A stretch of DNA of 64,000 bases from Octopus sinensis (taxonomy: Eukaryota): positions 61,442,001-61,506,000 of the forward strand of contig NC_043004.1 of the NCBI RefSeq assembly GCF_006345805.1. The letters are read 5' to 3'. Of this stretch, positions 1 through 13,507 are shown piece by piece. The number at the start of each line of letters is the position of its first letter. The first letter of the stretch is position 1. The notes beneath the pieces are model-generated. The model was not told where the DNA came from. It saw nothing but the letters and a program-made list of their open reading frames with translations, and ran no database searches. The position numbers were made by a program, and so were the translations under genes.

Positions 1-780
1 TGTATTGATATTTTTGTAACAAATATATTTGTATATCATTTATGCCACGAAGAAAATAGTTTTAAAGATAAGATTATAAAAAATGTATTTTTTTTCATAG
101 AAACAAAAAACTAGTTTTTCATTAAACATTAAACCAGTAATAACATAGAGTTTGCTGCTATTTCTTTTCGTTTATTTAACGTATGTTATACTTTCTTGTG
201 TATAGAACTGCCTTGCTGAATGTCTTTTCCTATATTAGAATGTATTTACATTATATCAATTGTGGATGTTCCTTTTAATATATCTAGGGATGATAATTAG
301 TTTTTGTATAGGGAATACTACTGATTATATTGCCAAATTCTAACTGGACCTAGACATCCAATTCATACACATATGGAAGCCACAAGTTTGCGCAAATATT
401 AGGCATGTAAACCATTGCGTTTATGATACCTCATCACATGTTATGTATATTTCGTGTCCGTCTTTGTTGCTCTGTCTTAAATTCAGAACCAAAAGTCTGT
501 TCTTGATCTATCGGGCTATCCCTATGGCATGTACCAGAAAATAATATAGTACCGACATATTAATAAGGAGCCGGTCGACCGTCATATAATATTAGGGTAT
601 GCGCCTCTCGTGTGCTACACGAATTATGAGGTTTTACATACTGAACTAGTGTCTGCAGTCGTGTTTGTTCCTTAATTTTTTGGTACTTTATAATGCTTTG
701 GTACCAACTTTTGTTAATATCTTTCTCCATATCCTTATGATACGTACCATGACCAGCAGGAAAGGTGGTGGTAGACCTAG

Positions 781-829
781 TAGTATTAGTAGTAGTATCA
801 GCAGCAACAGCAGCAGCAGCAGCAGTAGC

Positions 830-890
<61 letters not shown>
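781..890. repeat. (AGC)n/(AGT)n trinucleotide microsatellite
   Basis: Read directly; source of the poly-S/poly-V ORFs at 665 and 765. Confidence 0.97.
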
Positions 891-1415
891 CATTGTTGTT
901 GCAGTTGTCGATGCTGCAGCCATTACTTTATTGCAGTTGGCTGCGCTACCTCAAGAAGAATCATAACATATATTTTGCTGTTTTCGGAAAAACAAACGTC
1001 GGATCTTTTGTCTATCCACCTCATTAACTCTAATAGAAAAGAAAGCTCTCTCGACGATATTTTAAAAAAACATACATTTGAGTTCATTACTTTGTCCCAG
1101 TCGCATTTTGGTCAAATGGAAGTAACTGGCATACACAAAGTTAGATAATGATAAAAACTTTGGTTACAAAAAAATTTAAACGTTTTCAGAAAATGAATTA
1201 TAAAAAGAAACGGGAAAACTATGAAAACGAAGACATAATGACATCGACAAAGGCAGTAAAACAGATTATCTTTCACTAGCATTGCAAGGTAAAAGAAAAT
1301 GTACTGTTGCCTGAAGAATTCGTGACGAGAACGGATGAGAAAGAAAGGAATATTGCGTATGATTTCAAGATTAATGGCAGCATAGGTTAAAATAAAATAA
1401 AAATGTTGTGTAAAA

Positions 1416-1417
<2 letters not shown>

Positions 1418-1500
<83 letters not shown>
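1418..1500. repeat. (TA)n microsatellite
   Basis: Read directly. Confidence 0.97.
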
Positions 1501-1502
<2 letters not shown>

Positions 1503-2950
1503 TATACCATAAGGCTGTGTGAACCTGTTATGAAATCTGAGATCTATGTGAGAAAGCAGAACCGGTTTGTGCGCAACTATTTGCTTAGAAAGTGCTACTG
1601 AATCGAGTAAACTACGTCACTATCAATTCTTTGAGCATTATGTAGCCCTTCAAATGGTTAAAGTCCATTACCTTTTACTACATACAAAGTGATAAAAGCT
1701 TGACTGTTTACCGTGTGCGTTAACTTCGCCATCATACCTTTGGGTGGAATGTATTTAGAATGGCATTCTTCATACGCTGCACGTGCAACAATCAATCTAA
1801 AGCTGAAAAAGGAAAATGCTTCAAGTTCCATTATGTAACCCGGTATAAATATCAAATAAAGTTCTCACAAATAGGTTTTATTTTCTTTTAATTAATATAT
1901 GGTATGGTCTCATATGGAAAGTTGTTAATCTTCGCTTTTCATCCTTGAGATGAGATATAACGAGGGGCTAACGGCTCGGTCCTTGTGGTCCGACACTGAG
2001 CACAGTCTACTCCATGCAATCGAAAGAAACTCTGATTTTCTTCCAATCAATATTATTTATAAGAGTTATATACTTAAAAGTGTTCAGAATGATTGCCAAC
2101 CACTTCAAAATAGCAAGTGTTAGTGCCATGTACCGTTATACGCACTGCATATCACCGCATCAACTAAATAATAGATTATTAAAGATTGGTCGAACCACGG
2201 AACATAGGTGTCTGTAAGTTATATACTGTTTCACTAATCCTGAATTTACTTCTTGGATTTCAGTAGACAAATTCAAAAGCACGATTCTCTTTAATTTTCA
2301 TGTAATAAGTAAAGATTTACTGCCAGTTTTGTATCATCGTTTCAAGACTGTGAGTAACGTACAGTGTCGATGATTGGGACTTAAAATCAATATTCTCTGT
2401 TATTTTTGAGGGAATCAATTTCTATATGAATGGCCTGATTGATTAGGAAAGAAAAGACCACTTGTCTCAGTTGAATGTAAATATTTCAACGAACCGTATG
2501 ATGGAAGATAAATGCTAAAGTATATTTACGTGAAGCGCAGAATTGTCTGCACTTGTATATCGCTCTCATACACGTGGTTGATTCTAATCCTCTATCCGTA
2601 ATCTATACTACCCGTATATAAGTGAACAAAACGACTGATAACAAGTAATTATAAAAGAAGATTGAGTTACTTTTATAAATGATTATTCGTAAGATTTTAT
2701 TTTTAAGTCTTAATTAAACAAAAGCTGACCACGCCGAAGAACAGTTGAGGTGCCACCGCGACTGAGAGTGTAGGTGATAGGAAGAGGTTAGAATGTAGGG
2801 ACATATCAAGATATATGTTTTGTATCTGTATGAAACAGAGGATTGAGATATCAATTTCTTAAACCACAGACTTGGCACCGATTCTTAACCTATAGGAAGA
2901 AAAGAATATAATTGATTAAAGGCAGCAATTAACATATGCATGTAATACAC

Positions 2951-3167
2951 TCTCTCTTTTACTTGTTTCAGTCATTTCACTGTGGCAATGCTTGAGCACT
3001 GCCCTTAGTCGAGCAAATCGACCCCAGGACTTATTCTTTGTAAACGTAGTACTTATTCTATCGGTCTCTTTTGCCGAACCGCTAGGCACGGGGACTTAAA
3101 CACACCAGCATATGCTGTCAAGCTATGCTGGTGGGACAAACACAGACACACAAACATATACACACAC

Positions 3168-3234
<67 letters not shown>

Positions 3235-3405
3235 CATATATGCGATGGGCCTCTTTCAGTTTCCGTCCACCAAATCCACTGACAATGCTTTGGTCGGGTC
3301 GAGGCTATAGTAGAAGACACTTGCCCAAGGTTACACGCAGTGGGACTGAACCCGGAACGATGTCGTTCGTAAGCAAGCTACATAGCGCACAGCCACTCTT
3401 ACGCC
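2951..3405 (-). mobile_element. tRNA-headed SINE family A, copy 1
   Basis: Reverse complement of the 25719 copy: A/B-box head, CTTGGGCAAGTGTCTT CORE-like segment, internal (TA)n/(TG)n, GTAAAAGAG-type tail. Confidence 0.9.
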
Positions 3406-3880
3406 TATATTACATAAATTGGTCAAAATAAAATTTCTAGCAAAGCCATAGCCTAGATATGTAAAGGACAATTAATTGAATTTCTGAGGCATTTAGTTTC
3501 GAATCCCACTGCAGCCACACGCCACATGTGTGTGTGAGTTTGGGTATGTGTGTGTGCGTGTGTGTGCGTGTGCGTGTGTGTGCTCGCACGCACGTGTGGG
3601 CGTGGGTGTGTGTTTGTTGGAATGTATGTAGGATACAAAAAGAGGGAACAAGTCATAGAAAAACCGTCTGGACATAATGATTACTATTTTTATCCACATC
3701 CCTGTGCTGAAATAGCACTTCGTTTGCACCACGAAAAAATGAAGAACAAAAGTGCCCTCAGGTTTTGAATCCAGGCTAATGAAGATTAGTGCAAAACAGC
3801 CAAAGCGATCTATCTGCCTGTGTCTGTCTGTCTATGTATATGTATATCAACTCATATAGTATATACATTTAGTATATACA

Positions 3881-3915
<35 letters not shown>

Positions 3916-5469
3916 ATATCTACACATGTGTGAGTGTGTGTTTGTGTGTGTATATGTGCGTGCGTATCTAATGTATCTAATTATGTACAAAACAAAAGAA
4001 CTTAATATCTCGCATATATAACCTATATAATATGCGTATACACATATTGCTTAACATGCAATATTTTTTATAACAGACACAAGTCTGTAAGTGTGTTTGT
4101 GCATGCGTGTTTCGTGCATACACCACAGAAAATTCCTCAGTAGTTATAGAATATTTATTTATAATTCACAGTTAATTATTTACTGTTTCGAGGTATACAA
4201 TTTCTCTAACGATTTTTATCGGTTATGGTAAGTATTTTGAAGATTGTTCAAGAACACACCGATGCCAATAATCCGATGGAAAGAATTCCTCAATGAGTGA
4301 AGCAAGTGCTATATATAATACAAGTAATGTTTGCAGGAGAGTTTGTTGTTAGTTCATGAGTGTTCTTTTAAGAAAGAAGAGATCTCCATACTGTCAAAAT
4401 TTGATTCCATACTTATCAAATCTGTTTCTCAACTAATCTGATACTCGGATATTTTTCGAAGTAAAAACGGCATTTTACCTTTTGGAAACATGCGAAAAGA
4501 TATTTTCTCTATCTTTATCAAATTATTGGAAAGTGAATAATCTTCTGCCGATTGACTTATACGATTTATCACCTTCATCTCGACATATACGCATACAGAC
4601 ACAGACACACAGACAGACATGCAGACACAAACACACACACACGCAAACACACAGACGCACACACAAACACATATACATACATATATATTGTGATTTAAAT
4701 GATAACGCTATATTGCAATTATGTCTCCACGTGTGTTTCTTCCAGTTATAAGCAACCCGGATTCTATGTATTTTCCTTAAATCATCTCTAAGCAACAGCG
4801 CTTCTGAAACAGGTGCAGCTTGCTTCATATAATTCTGAAGTTGCCAAGAGGAATATCAAACAAGGTGTACTAAACAAAGTTGCTATTAAGCAGAAAATGG
4901 TTGAGTAATCACAATAAAACCACGAAAATGATAATGAAATACAAATTGAGAATTATGAAGGGTTATATGAACTAGCAAATCTACCTATCTTCAATGGAGG
5001 CATAAAATGGGGAAGCGAGGTAATAACAGCATGTATTGTATGTATCGAAAAATGTGTAAATATGTAAATGGACTTGATAGATTACTGGCTGATGTTTTAG
5101 AGAAATTATATTGTTGGTGATACATAATTCTATTACAGCTGTATGACGTGTTTGCGTCTGACATGTGATGATGTTTCACTCCTGAACTGAAATAGGCTCC
5201 CAGCCTGTGTATCATGAATGGTTATGTGGACTAATCCTAACCAGAACCATACCTTCCTTCGACCACTACCTGAAACGTATTAGACAAAAATATTATTTAG
5301 ATAAACTTTTAATTTAGTTGTTTGCTCTATTTTACGCTTGTTTATACTTTCATACATTTAAAGTTCACACATTTCTCTATTTAAGTTAAGAATCACATTA
5401 CTTTCGATAATATCGATATGATTACAAAACGTCATTGCAGAATGATATTTTCTCTTTGGAAGATACTAA

Positions 5470-6290
5470 TTTTCAAATTGTATTCGTTTTGTGTCAGGAC
5501 AGAACATCCCGAGACGGGATGGTCTATTGTTTCGTCAAATTTATCGCGGATTCTGCATTTAGGGTTAGAACTGTTTTGAAGAACGTTAGCATACTAGTTT
5601 TTGGTATGCAAGCTTTGGTTTTGTGACGCTAATATGAAACCTTCAGACTCTGCTTTCAGTCTTAGGCTTCTCAGCCACTGATGGATTGTTGCTTAGTCTA
5701 CGTTACCATTTCGAATTTGAAGTATATACTATCCATGCTCCTCCATTTGTTTCTGCCCGTTCTTTTTTGTAGTCTGTTTGATCCGTTTTCCTTGTTTAAT
5801 GGCAGTGGTTTCAGGTTCTTCATGTAATTCAGGTTTAATGCTAAGCTCCCCTGCGAATTTGTAAGCTTCATTGACAATAGAATATGATCTTTTGCTGCAT
5901 TCGCGTTTGCACACACGCCGCGGCATCCAGTCCCTTGTATTCGATAAGAATTTGTTCATGGCTATTGTGAAGCTCCTATAACACAGTTCTACTTGAATCA
6001 TTCCTCTTCCACAATTACTTCTAGGTAGGTACAGACTATCCACGTTTGCTTTTGGGTGGTGCATGTTTTTCGATATTGGTAAGTTTCTTGTTATCCTGTT
6101 CAGGCGCTAGACCTCTGTAAGATTTCTGTTAATGTTGTTAAAGCAGAATTGCCAGGGTGTTAATGGCTTCAATGCAATTTTTGGAGTTCAATTCAGTTAC
6201 TCTCCTGTAATTCTCATTTCTTCAGTTTTCGTTCTGGTATTTACAGCTTTCTTATAGGTCAAGCTCCTTGATGGCAGTGCCGGTATCTAT
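5470..6290 (-). mobile_element. Dong/R4-clade non-LTR retrotransposon fragment (RT C-terminus to CCHC), decayed
   Basis: Minus-strand peptides ELNSKNCIEAINTLA, MHHPKANVDSLYLPRSNCGRG, HQWLRSLRLKAESEGFILASQNQ, KCRIRDKFDETIDHPVSGC. Confidence 0.85.
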
Positions 6291-6299
6291 TTTAATGGA

Positions 6300-6520
6300 A
6301 GATGTTTGCTTGAGGTTGCTTGCAAAAAAAGTAACTTTAGCACACTGATCAAGGTTTCCCTATGTCTTGCTGTATATCTAGCAGCTTGTAATACATTTTC
6401 TTTACTATTACTTGCATAGAAGTCTATATCTACTCTAGCTAACTCAATGCAGTCTTCTGCTGATATTAAATCCTCTTCCGCTTTCATTTCTAAGTAAGTA
6501 TAATCTTGCTATTTCTGCTC
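6300..6520 (-). mobile_element. Second Dong/R4 fragment from a different subfamily
   Basis: LISAEDCIELARVDIDFYASNSKENVLQAAR is typical of the segment after HPKxDVDRLYxPRxxGGRG. Its order relative to 5470-6290 shows it is a separate piece. Confidence 0.65.
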
Positions 6521-6522
6521 TT

Positions 6523-6645
6523 AGGTGAATTATTGAAACCCCAAAGAACTCCTCTCAAAACCTGGCTATGCTGCTTCCCCACTACTTCAGCTCGTGATCA
6601 GCAATGCGCATAATGTCAGCGAGTAAAGAATATGCTCAACTGTTT
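6523..6645 (-). mobile_element. Partial copy of non-coding repeat family C
   Basis: Matches about 28205-28325 (tggctatg.tgct.ccc..ctactt..gctcgtgatcag...gctcaactg). Confidence 0.75.
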
Positions 6646-6889
6646 AAGATAAGTAATTAAGAAGCAAATTTATAGTAGCGGGCAAGGATTCTGGATTATT
6701 TTTCCGTTTTTTTAAAAATAATTTAAGACAGCGGAAGGGTTCATTTTAGTACTCTCGTTCGTGAGAGTAGTCGAGTTTATTTCAGATATTCTAATTTTAA
6801 AAATCATCTTCAGCGACTCGTTGAGAGGACGTTGGTTTTGCTTTGGCGGAAGTATGCACTCCCTTCTTCTTCTTTTTTTATTATTATAA

Positions 6890-6930
6890 CATTATTATTA
6901 TTATTATCATCATCATCATCATTATTATTA

Positions 6931-6989
<59 letters not shown>

Positions 6990-7000
6990 TGTTGTTGTTG
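6890..7000. repeat. (TTA)n/(TCA)n/(TTG)n microsatellite forming the 3' flank of the Dong copy at 7001-8006
   Basis: Read directly. Confidence 0.95.
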
Positions 7001-8006
7001 ATATTTTTAACTTATCTTCAATTTTGTTTCCAATTCTTGCTGAGTACCTTCTCAAAGGCAAAGAAACTCACTCAATACGTTGATAGGTCATTAAAATAAA
7101 CACACTACATCGTTTACTTGTAAAATCAAATAAATTTGTGTAGGACAGAATTTTTGTATGGAAGGCATTATTCTCACGGTGAAATTACTGTACTCAATAT
7201 ATGTGACATGACAGTTAAAACAACCTTATGCACTTCTTGCAGAGAAGGATAAGCCAGGGATCATTCGCAAATAATGTTTGGTTCCTATTTTGACCATTCC
7301 ATTCCTAGTGCTCTTACAATTACTGGTACTGAAAGCGCTTGAAATACCACATTTTTATAAATTTCAACGAGCCAATTTTTATATAATCTGAGCTTGACAG
7401 ATTATTTTGCCGAAATATGATCACAAGGAGAACCTACGTCAATCAATAAACATAATTTATTATGTTGGTCTTTTACAAAAGTGTTTGGTGTATTAGCTTT
7501 AATTCTTCTGTCTGTATATACTAGAAAATCACAAATCTTAGTTATATTTTCTTCCTCATTTACATCCTGAGAGCAATGTCCTCACCACCGATCAACAGTT
7601 TTGGCTTTATAATGCCGACATATTAATCAGAATAGATATTGGCCAACACTGTCACGTCTTGATTTATTCTCTACTGGAGATAAAATTCTAATTCCAAAGA
7701 TTGAATTTTTATTCACATTAACTTGGCAGTTCCGTGTAAAGAAGCGTTGATCTTATGCAGCTAAGTTGAAACCTTTGCTATTTGCCTGTAGCCCTGAGAT
7801 TCTTAATCATTCATCGGAGTGTTTCAGGTCAACATCAGCTTTATTGCTACTGGCCACATATTTGCCATGCGGAATGTACGACTTCCACCTTTAAGCCAAT
7901 TGTTCCCGGACAGTTTTACTTGCTAGCAATTATTCAATCCTTGCAATAATATTTTCCACACTGGCTTCAGGCCATTCAGTTTGGGTATCTTTCACTTCTT
8001 CTTCCT
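7001..8006 (-). mobile_element. 5'-truncated Dong/R4 copy with (TAA)n on both sides
   Basis: HGKYVASSNKADVD, RISGLQANSKGFNLAA*DQ, RLE-like DRRIKANTP...FLIDVGSPCD, VPVIVRALG. (TTA)n at 6890-6989 and 8007-8056. Confidence 0.85.
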
Positions 8007-8011
8007 ATTAA

Positions 8012-8055
<44 letters not shown>

Positions 8056-8056
<1 letters not shown>

Positions 8057-8255
8057 GGTAGCGAGCAGGTATAATCTTTGCAACACCGGTTAAAAAGCTT
8101 AGTGGTATTCCGTCATCTTTGCTGTTCAAGGTATGCTAAGGTCTACTTTAACACCCCGTAATCGCTAAAATAAATAGCAGTTGAGTACTGGGTTTGATGT
8201 AATCAGCTTACACCCTTCCCTGAATTTACTGGTTTTGTGCCAATATTATTGTTGC
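8056..8255 (+). mobile_element. Degenerate SINE family B copy
   Basis: aaggtagcgagc...agttgagtactggg.ttgatgtaatc...ttgtgcc resembles family B. Confidence 0.55.
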
Positions 8256-8295
8256 TGTAATCATCATCATCATCATCCGCATCATCAAACTCATT

Positions 8296-8635
8296 GAGTG
8301 AGAGAGCAGTGCATGCCATGAAAGTGACACTGGGATAGAATATACGAAGCTCAGTATACCCATCATGACTATGTGTTTGATAAGGCTACACTAGTTCATG
8401 ACCTTGCAGGTGGGGTCCAGTTAGAATTTTGTTCAGGTTGAGTAGAACATCCCGATCAAAAGGTCCTGAATAAGGGTAGTATAACGATGTTGAAGGAAAC
8501 ACTCACTTGGCTATGATGCTCACCCACTACGTCTGCACGGGATCAGAGATGCAAATATCGCGAGCAACCAAACGACAAGCTCAACTGGTTAGGTTGAAGC
8601 ATCTGACAAGCAAATATTTTACACCAAGACAAAGC
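8296..8635 (-). mobile_element. Non-coding retroposon-like family C copy with internal deletions
   Basis: Colinear with 27927-28368. Confidence 0.85.
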
Positions 8636-8725
8636 ATGTAGATGATAATACTTTCTATCATATAAAATCAGAAGCCATGCGAGTCAGTGCCTGGTAATTA
8701 TTATTATTATTATTATTATTATTAT

Positions 8726-10060
8726 AAGATTAGACTGTTGGAATCGAAATGATTCCTAACATCGGGCTACAAGTAGCCTTAGATGCCAAGAACCCTGCTA
8801 GGTATCTTAGCTGTCCCTAATAACAGTGTTTTCTGCAGCTGTACTGTGTTTTATGCAACTTCCCGCTATATATCTGAACAGATGTTTAGGGAAAGTTCCC
8901 AATGCACTATAACTACTGGGATAAATTGTACCCGCACTGTCCATAGTCTTAGTAATCCAATAGGTAATTCATGGCACATTGCTCCATTTTCTGTACTTCC
9001 CTTATTAATATTTGCATCACCTGGGACTGTAAAATCAATTACCTGGCACTTTCTATTCTCTTTATATACTACTACTAAATCAGACATTCTACCCTCTATT
9101 GCTATTTCTTACTTTCTATTACTTTACTAGGTGAATGCTCATACCATTTTATCAGTATGTTCAAATCCTAGCTTTCTACAATGCTCCCACTGGATTGCTC
9201 TACATAGATTGTCATGTTTTTTCTTGTCTTCTGACTGTACCAACATGCTACATTCACTTACTATATGTGTAACGCTTTCCTATTTTGATTTGTATAATAT
9301 ACATTGGCAATCTACTTAGTATTTTGCCTATTTGGGCGTGTATCCAAGTAGTCCTTAATGCTTGATCCTGTTCAGTTACTAACAGACTCTCTGTCACGCT
9401 ATTCAGTTTCCGTTTCTGCAGCCATAACCATGTCTCACTACTACTATTTGCTGAAGCTGTCTTTGGTAATCTACCATGCAACGATTCCTCCTGTCAGTCA
9501 AGTAATTTCTGTTTCATTTTTCTGGTTTTTAAGTTCGTTTGTTGTCTTGGTTTCCCTGTGTCTTGCCGTGACTCTAACAGCTTTTAATAAACTTTCTTCA
9601 CTATTACCTACATAGGAGTCTATCTACTCAATTTACTTCCACACAGTCTTCTACTGATATTTACCTTCTTCCACATTCCTTTCTACGTTGGTATAATCTT
9701 GCTACTCCTTCACTTGGGTGGAGTACTCTGTTCATATTGAAATCCTTCCTAGTTCTTATCTCTAGCTTTGCTAATTCAGTTTTTGTCCAATCTACAAAAG
9801 CTGCTGAGTAACTAAGTAATGATATTGCCCAAGTATTTACAACCTTACCTTCATCGGATTCGAACCATTTAGCTTTCACTTCATTAGCTTCCTCACTCTA
9901 CTGAAATAATCCTTTTCAAGTATCGTTTTTGTTGTTAGTAATCTGTCATATATTAATACTTAATATTATAACTCTCTCCTCCTTTCAATGATTTTGATGT
10001 CTGACCATTTAGTTATTGGGTGCCTTCGCATTTGATTGCATGCGCCCTTCTAATGAGTCA
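8726..10060 (-). mobile_element. 5'-truncated Dong/R4 copy ending in (TAA)n
   Basis: ORF-track peptides VVNTWAISLLSYSAAFVDWTKTEL..HPSEGVARLY, MHGRLP..WLWLQKRKLNSVTESLL..QDQALRT, and RLE DLVVVYKENRKCQVIDFTVPGD. (TTA)n at 8695-8724. Confidence 0.9.
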
Positions 10061-10102
10061 GTCGTTAGTTATTAATTACCCTCCCCCACTTCCTCCTCCT
10101 TA

Positions 10103-11470
10103 TTTTTTTTTGTTCATGAAAAATCTCAAACTTCTGATGATACGTATGATGTAAAATGTTAGCTCTCCACTGCCAGCATTATAACGTGACACTTCTTTAC
10201 TCATACTTCCAGAGCCACGTGGAGAAATCTCGTACTTCTCCAGCATTGATGATATCAGTAGGTGTTCTATACATTCGTTGCCGTCTTTTAGAGCTACGTT
10301 GCTATCTTGTTTACTCTCTTCATTTCACTCAAGCTGCGTCTGTCACATTTCAATTCATCATTGTCCTTCACATTTTTCTTCTTCTTTCTCTTCATTTCCG
10401 TCGTCAACAAGGCATCCTATGTCAATTATCAGGTATGTATTTATTTTCTCTTCCCTACAAAAATGTCCGAATTTCGATGTTTAATATGATGGACACACTG
10501 AGTCATTGCATTCCGGTCAAACCACATTTATGCCCTTTCTACACCATTATATTCACAAAGCTTCCAATAAATAATTTTTGCTACATTGTTATGTTCCCTT
10601 TTCTATTAAAGTTGTGCTAATTTCAGGCACTTACTAACAGCGTTCCAAATGTTTGACCCCTCTCCCCATACATTCTGTATTTGTCGCTCTCGGTTGTCTT
10701 ACCAATTCTACGTATCACATAGTTTTTCCTCAATGATTGATCTTATACCGCGCATAAAAGTGATTTCCTTTCATTATTGAAGTCGCTCCTCTGCATACAT
10801 AATCACCGGTCTTCTGTATTCGTCTTATCGCTCGTATCTCCTACAAACTGGCCGTACATTTTTTCCCCTTTCCATGACATTTCTTTTCTGTGCTTTTTAC
10901 CCCTTTAAATATCTATTTCCCAATACTATTATTTGCATTGACGACATCGGATTTCTTCAAAGGCATCAACATACTACCAACATACTCCTATTCAACCCAA
11001 ACCTGACAAGTGGTCAAACCTCTCCCACACTTTCGCCTAGAGAGGTACTAAAAATCGGCATCACTCTTGGAATGGGATGCTCCGTACAGTGCCAATAATT
11101 TCTGTCTCCATATCCATACTCAACAGCTCATTCTTTTACCAATTTATGTTTGCATCTCCGTATCTAAGTGATGCTATCAAATTTACTATGTTGAATTTAT
11201 TCTATCCAATCAAGTTCGAGAGCAACTCCAATCGTAGTCTTCGGAAATACTGTTTCTTCAGCTGTTCTTTTATTTCCTTCTCCACGACTGTGTGCCAAAA
11301 TACTTAGATCCTTCAGTTTCAATTACTTTCATTATTTCTCAATTTGGTAATTCTCTCTCTGCTAGGATTGCATATTGCCCCTTTTCATACTCATTGCATC
11401 ACATTTGTTAAGACCGAATTCCATCTTAACGTCAGTCCTAAAACGGTGGACAGTATGCACCAAAGAACTA
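10103..11470 (-). mobile_element. Decayed Dong/R4 3' portion
   Basis: DVKMEFGLNKC, KQYFRRLRL, LRYGDANINW, HSKSDADF.YLSRRKCGRG, MYGQFV, HNNVAKIIYWKLCEY, YLIIDIGC; short A tail. Confidence 0.8.
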
Positions 11471-12459
11471 AGGAGTAGACAAAATCGTTCTACGCTGGGC
11501 AAAAACTTATAAGTATTTACATACGACTTATAAAACTGAATTCAAATTTAACCGACTCGACCTTGCCTTTAATCATTTTTCGGTTGATAAAATAAGTACC
11601 AGTTGAGGGCTAGCTCACTGTAATCGATTACCTGCATTTCCAAAAATTGCTGGTTTTCTGCCAAAACTATTATTGTCAAAGTGGTTGCTGTTATCATTAT
11701 TTAGTTTCCGTAACAGACTTGACGTCCAAGGCATTTGTCGTCCCTCACTGAATGCTCGAAGAAAGGAGGGATAGAAAATCCAAGAAATGATTGATTACCG
11801 ACTAGAAATAGATGCCAATAATCACGTTATCTCCCACGCTACGTTTCTGAAAAGCATGTAAATGCTAGCCTAGTTAGTCATAATGAACTTAAACAGACTG
11901 GTGATAGTAGTAGTAGTATAGTAACGTCTAATTCCGGAAGTCTGTTTTTTTCTGCGTATATGACTCCCTAGAGATAAAAATACATTTAAAAGGTCAAGCA
12001 GCTCATTCAACAACCTCACGAGTATGAGAAAGTTGGAAAATGTCATGGAAACCAAAAGTGCTTCTGGAGCAAAATATTAAATCAAAATTAATTTTTTTCC
12101 AACCTATAGAGATATATATGCGAATAGTGGGTAAGAATTCATTCCAAAAATGTATATAATTTTTAATTAATTTTTGGTGCAAGGTCAGCAATTTTGAAGA
12201 GCAAGTTCATTATATCGACATTAGCCCTTGAATGACACTTTATTGACATAGAAAGAAGGAATGCAATGTTCAGCTGTGCAAGATTTGAACTCAGAAAATA
12301 GTGCTTCAGAAGAAATACCGCAAAGCAATTTGCTTCACGTACTAGTGATTCATATAGCTGTTCACCTTCCTACGAGGCATTAGATGAGATGCGAAACCGC
12401 TTTCTTACTTCATTATATTTGTAGTTTTTATCATATTTAACTATAAAGAAGTATATATA

Positions 12460-12674
12460 CTCTTACTCTCTTTCTCTTTTACTTGTTTCAGCCATTTGAC
12501 TACGGCCATGCTGGATCACCGCCTTTAGTCGAGCAAATCGATCCCGGGACTTAGTCTTTGTAAACCCAGTACTTATTCTATCGGTCTCTCTTGCCGAACC
12601 GCTAGGTGACGGGGGCGTAAACACAACAGCATCGGTTGTCAAGCAAAGCTAGGGGGACAAACACAGATACACAA

Positions 12675-12738
<64 letters not shown>

Positions 12739-12900
12739 GACAGGCTTCTTTCAGTTTCCGTCTACCAAATCTACTCACAAGGCATTGGTCGGCCCGAGGC
12801 TATAGCAGAAGACAGTTGCCCAAGATGCCACGCAGTGGGACTGAACCCGGAACCATGTGGTTGATTAGCAAGCTACTTACCACACAGCCACTCCTGCGCC
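12460..12900 (-). mobile_element. SINE family A, copy 2
   Basis: Near-complete reverse complement of 25719-26150. Confidence 0.93.
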
Positions 12901-12928
12901 TATATATGAGAATACTTCCAAAAATACT

Positions 12929-13140
12929 TTTTTCTATTCTAAGCACAAGGCTCGAAATTTTGAGGGAGGAGTCCAGTCGATTCGATCGACTCCAGTACAC
13001 AACTAGTACTTATTAAATTGACTCTGATAGGATGAAAGGCAAAGTCGACCTCTGCGGAATAACTCAGAACGTAAAGATGGACGAAACACCGCTAAGCGTT
13101 TCGCCCGGCATGCTAATGTTTTTGCCAACCCGCCGCCTTA
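12929..13140 (-). mobile_element. SINE family B monomer (type-2 tail)
   Basis: Minus strand: aaggcggcgggttggc head, B-box-like gagttattccgc, gaggtcgactttgcctttcatcc core, ccttgtgcttagaatagaa tail. Confidence 0.88.
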
Positions 13141-13507
13141 TTGCTTCCAGGGGTACAAGGCCCAACATTTTAGGGGAGTGGTCCAGTCGATCAGACGCAA
13201 CTGGTACTTAATTTCTCGATCCCAAAAGGATGAAGAGCAAAGTCGATCTCGGCGGAATTTGAACTCAGAATATAAAGAGAGACGAAATACCTATTTCTTT
13301 ACTACCCACAAAGGGCTAAATACAGAGAGGACAAAAAAGGACAGACAAACGGATTAAGTTGATTATATTGGTACTTATCTAATCGACCCCGAACGGAGGA
13401 AAGGCAAAGTCGACCTCTGCGGAATTTGAACTCAGAACGTAACGGCAGACGAAATACGGCTACGCATTTCGGCCGGCGTGCTAAGGTTTCAGCCAGCTCG
13501 CCGCCTT
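13141..13507 (-). mobile_element. SINE family B dimer
   Basis: Full-head left unit with the ...gtgggtagtaaagaaataggtatttcgtct junction into a 5'-truncated right unit. Confidence 0.88.

Noticed and set aside
665-1148. ORFs of 120 and 127 aa, including WLRYLKK...VYPPH, faintly M13-like
   Set aside because: Built on the AGT/AGC microsatellite; the M13-like stretch hits a stop before any donor site.
1190-1288. 99-bp segment with a good acceptor (ttttcag) and donor (AAG|gtaaaa)
   Set aside because: Stops in all three frames and no family similarity; at most a non-coding exon.
2067-2190. RMIANHFKI..., a possible upstream M13 exon (RTxxNYxxW)
   Set aside because: Lacks the conserved W and has no phase-0 donor.
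4172-4227. Strong donor ATG|gtaagt at 4228
   Set aside because: No recognisable peptide and no compatible phase with the identified exons.
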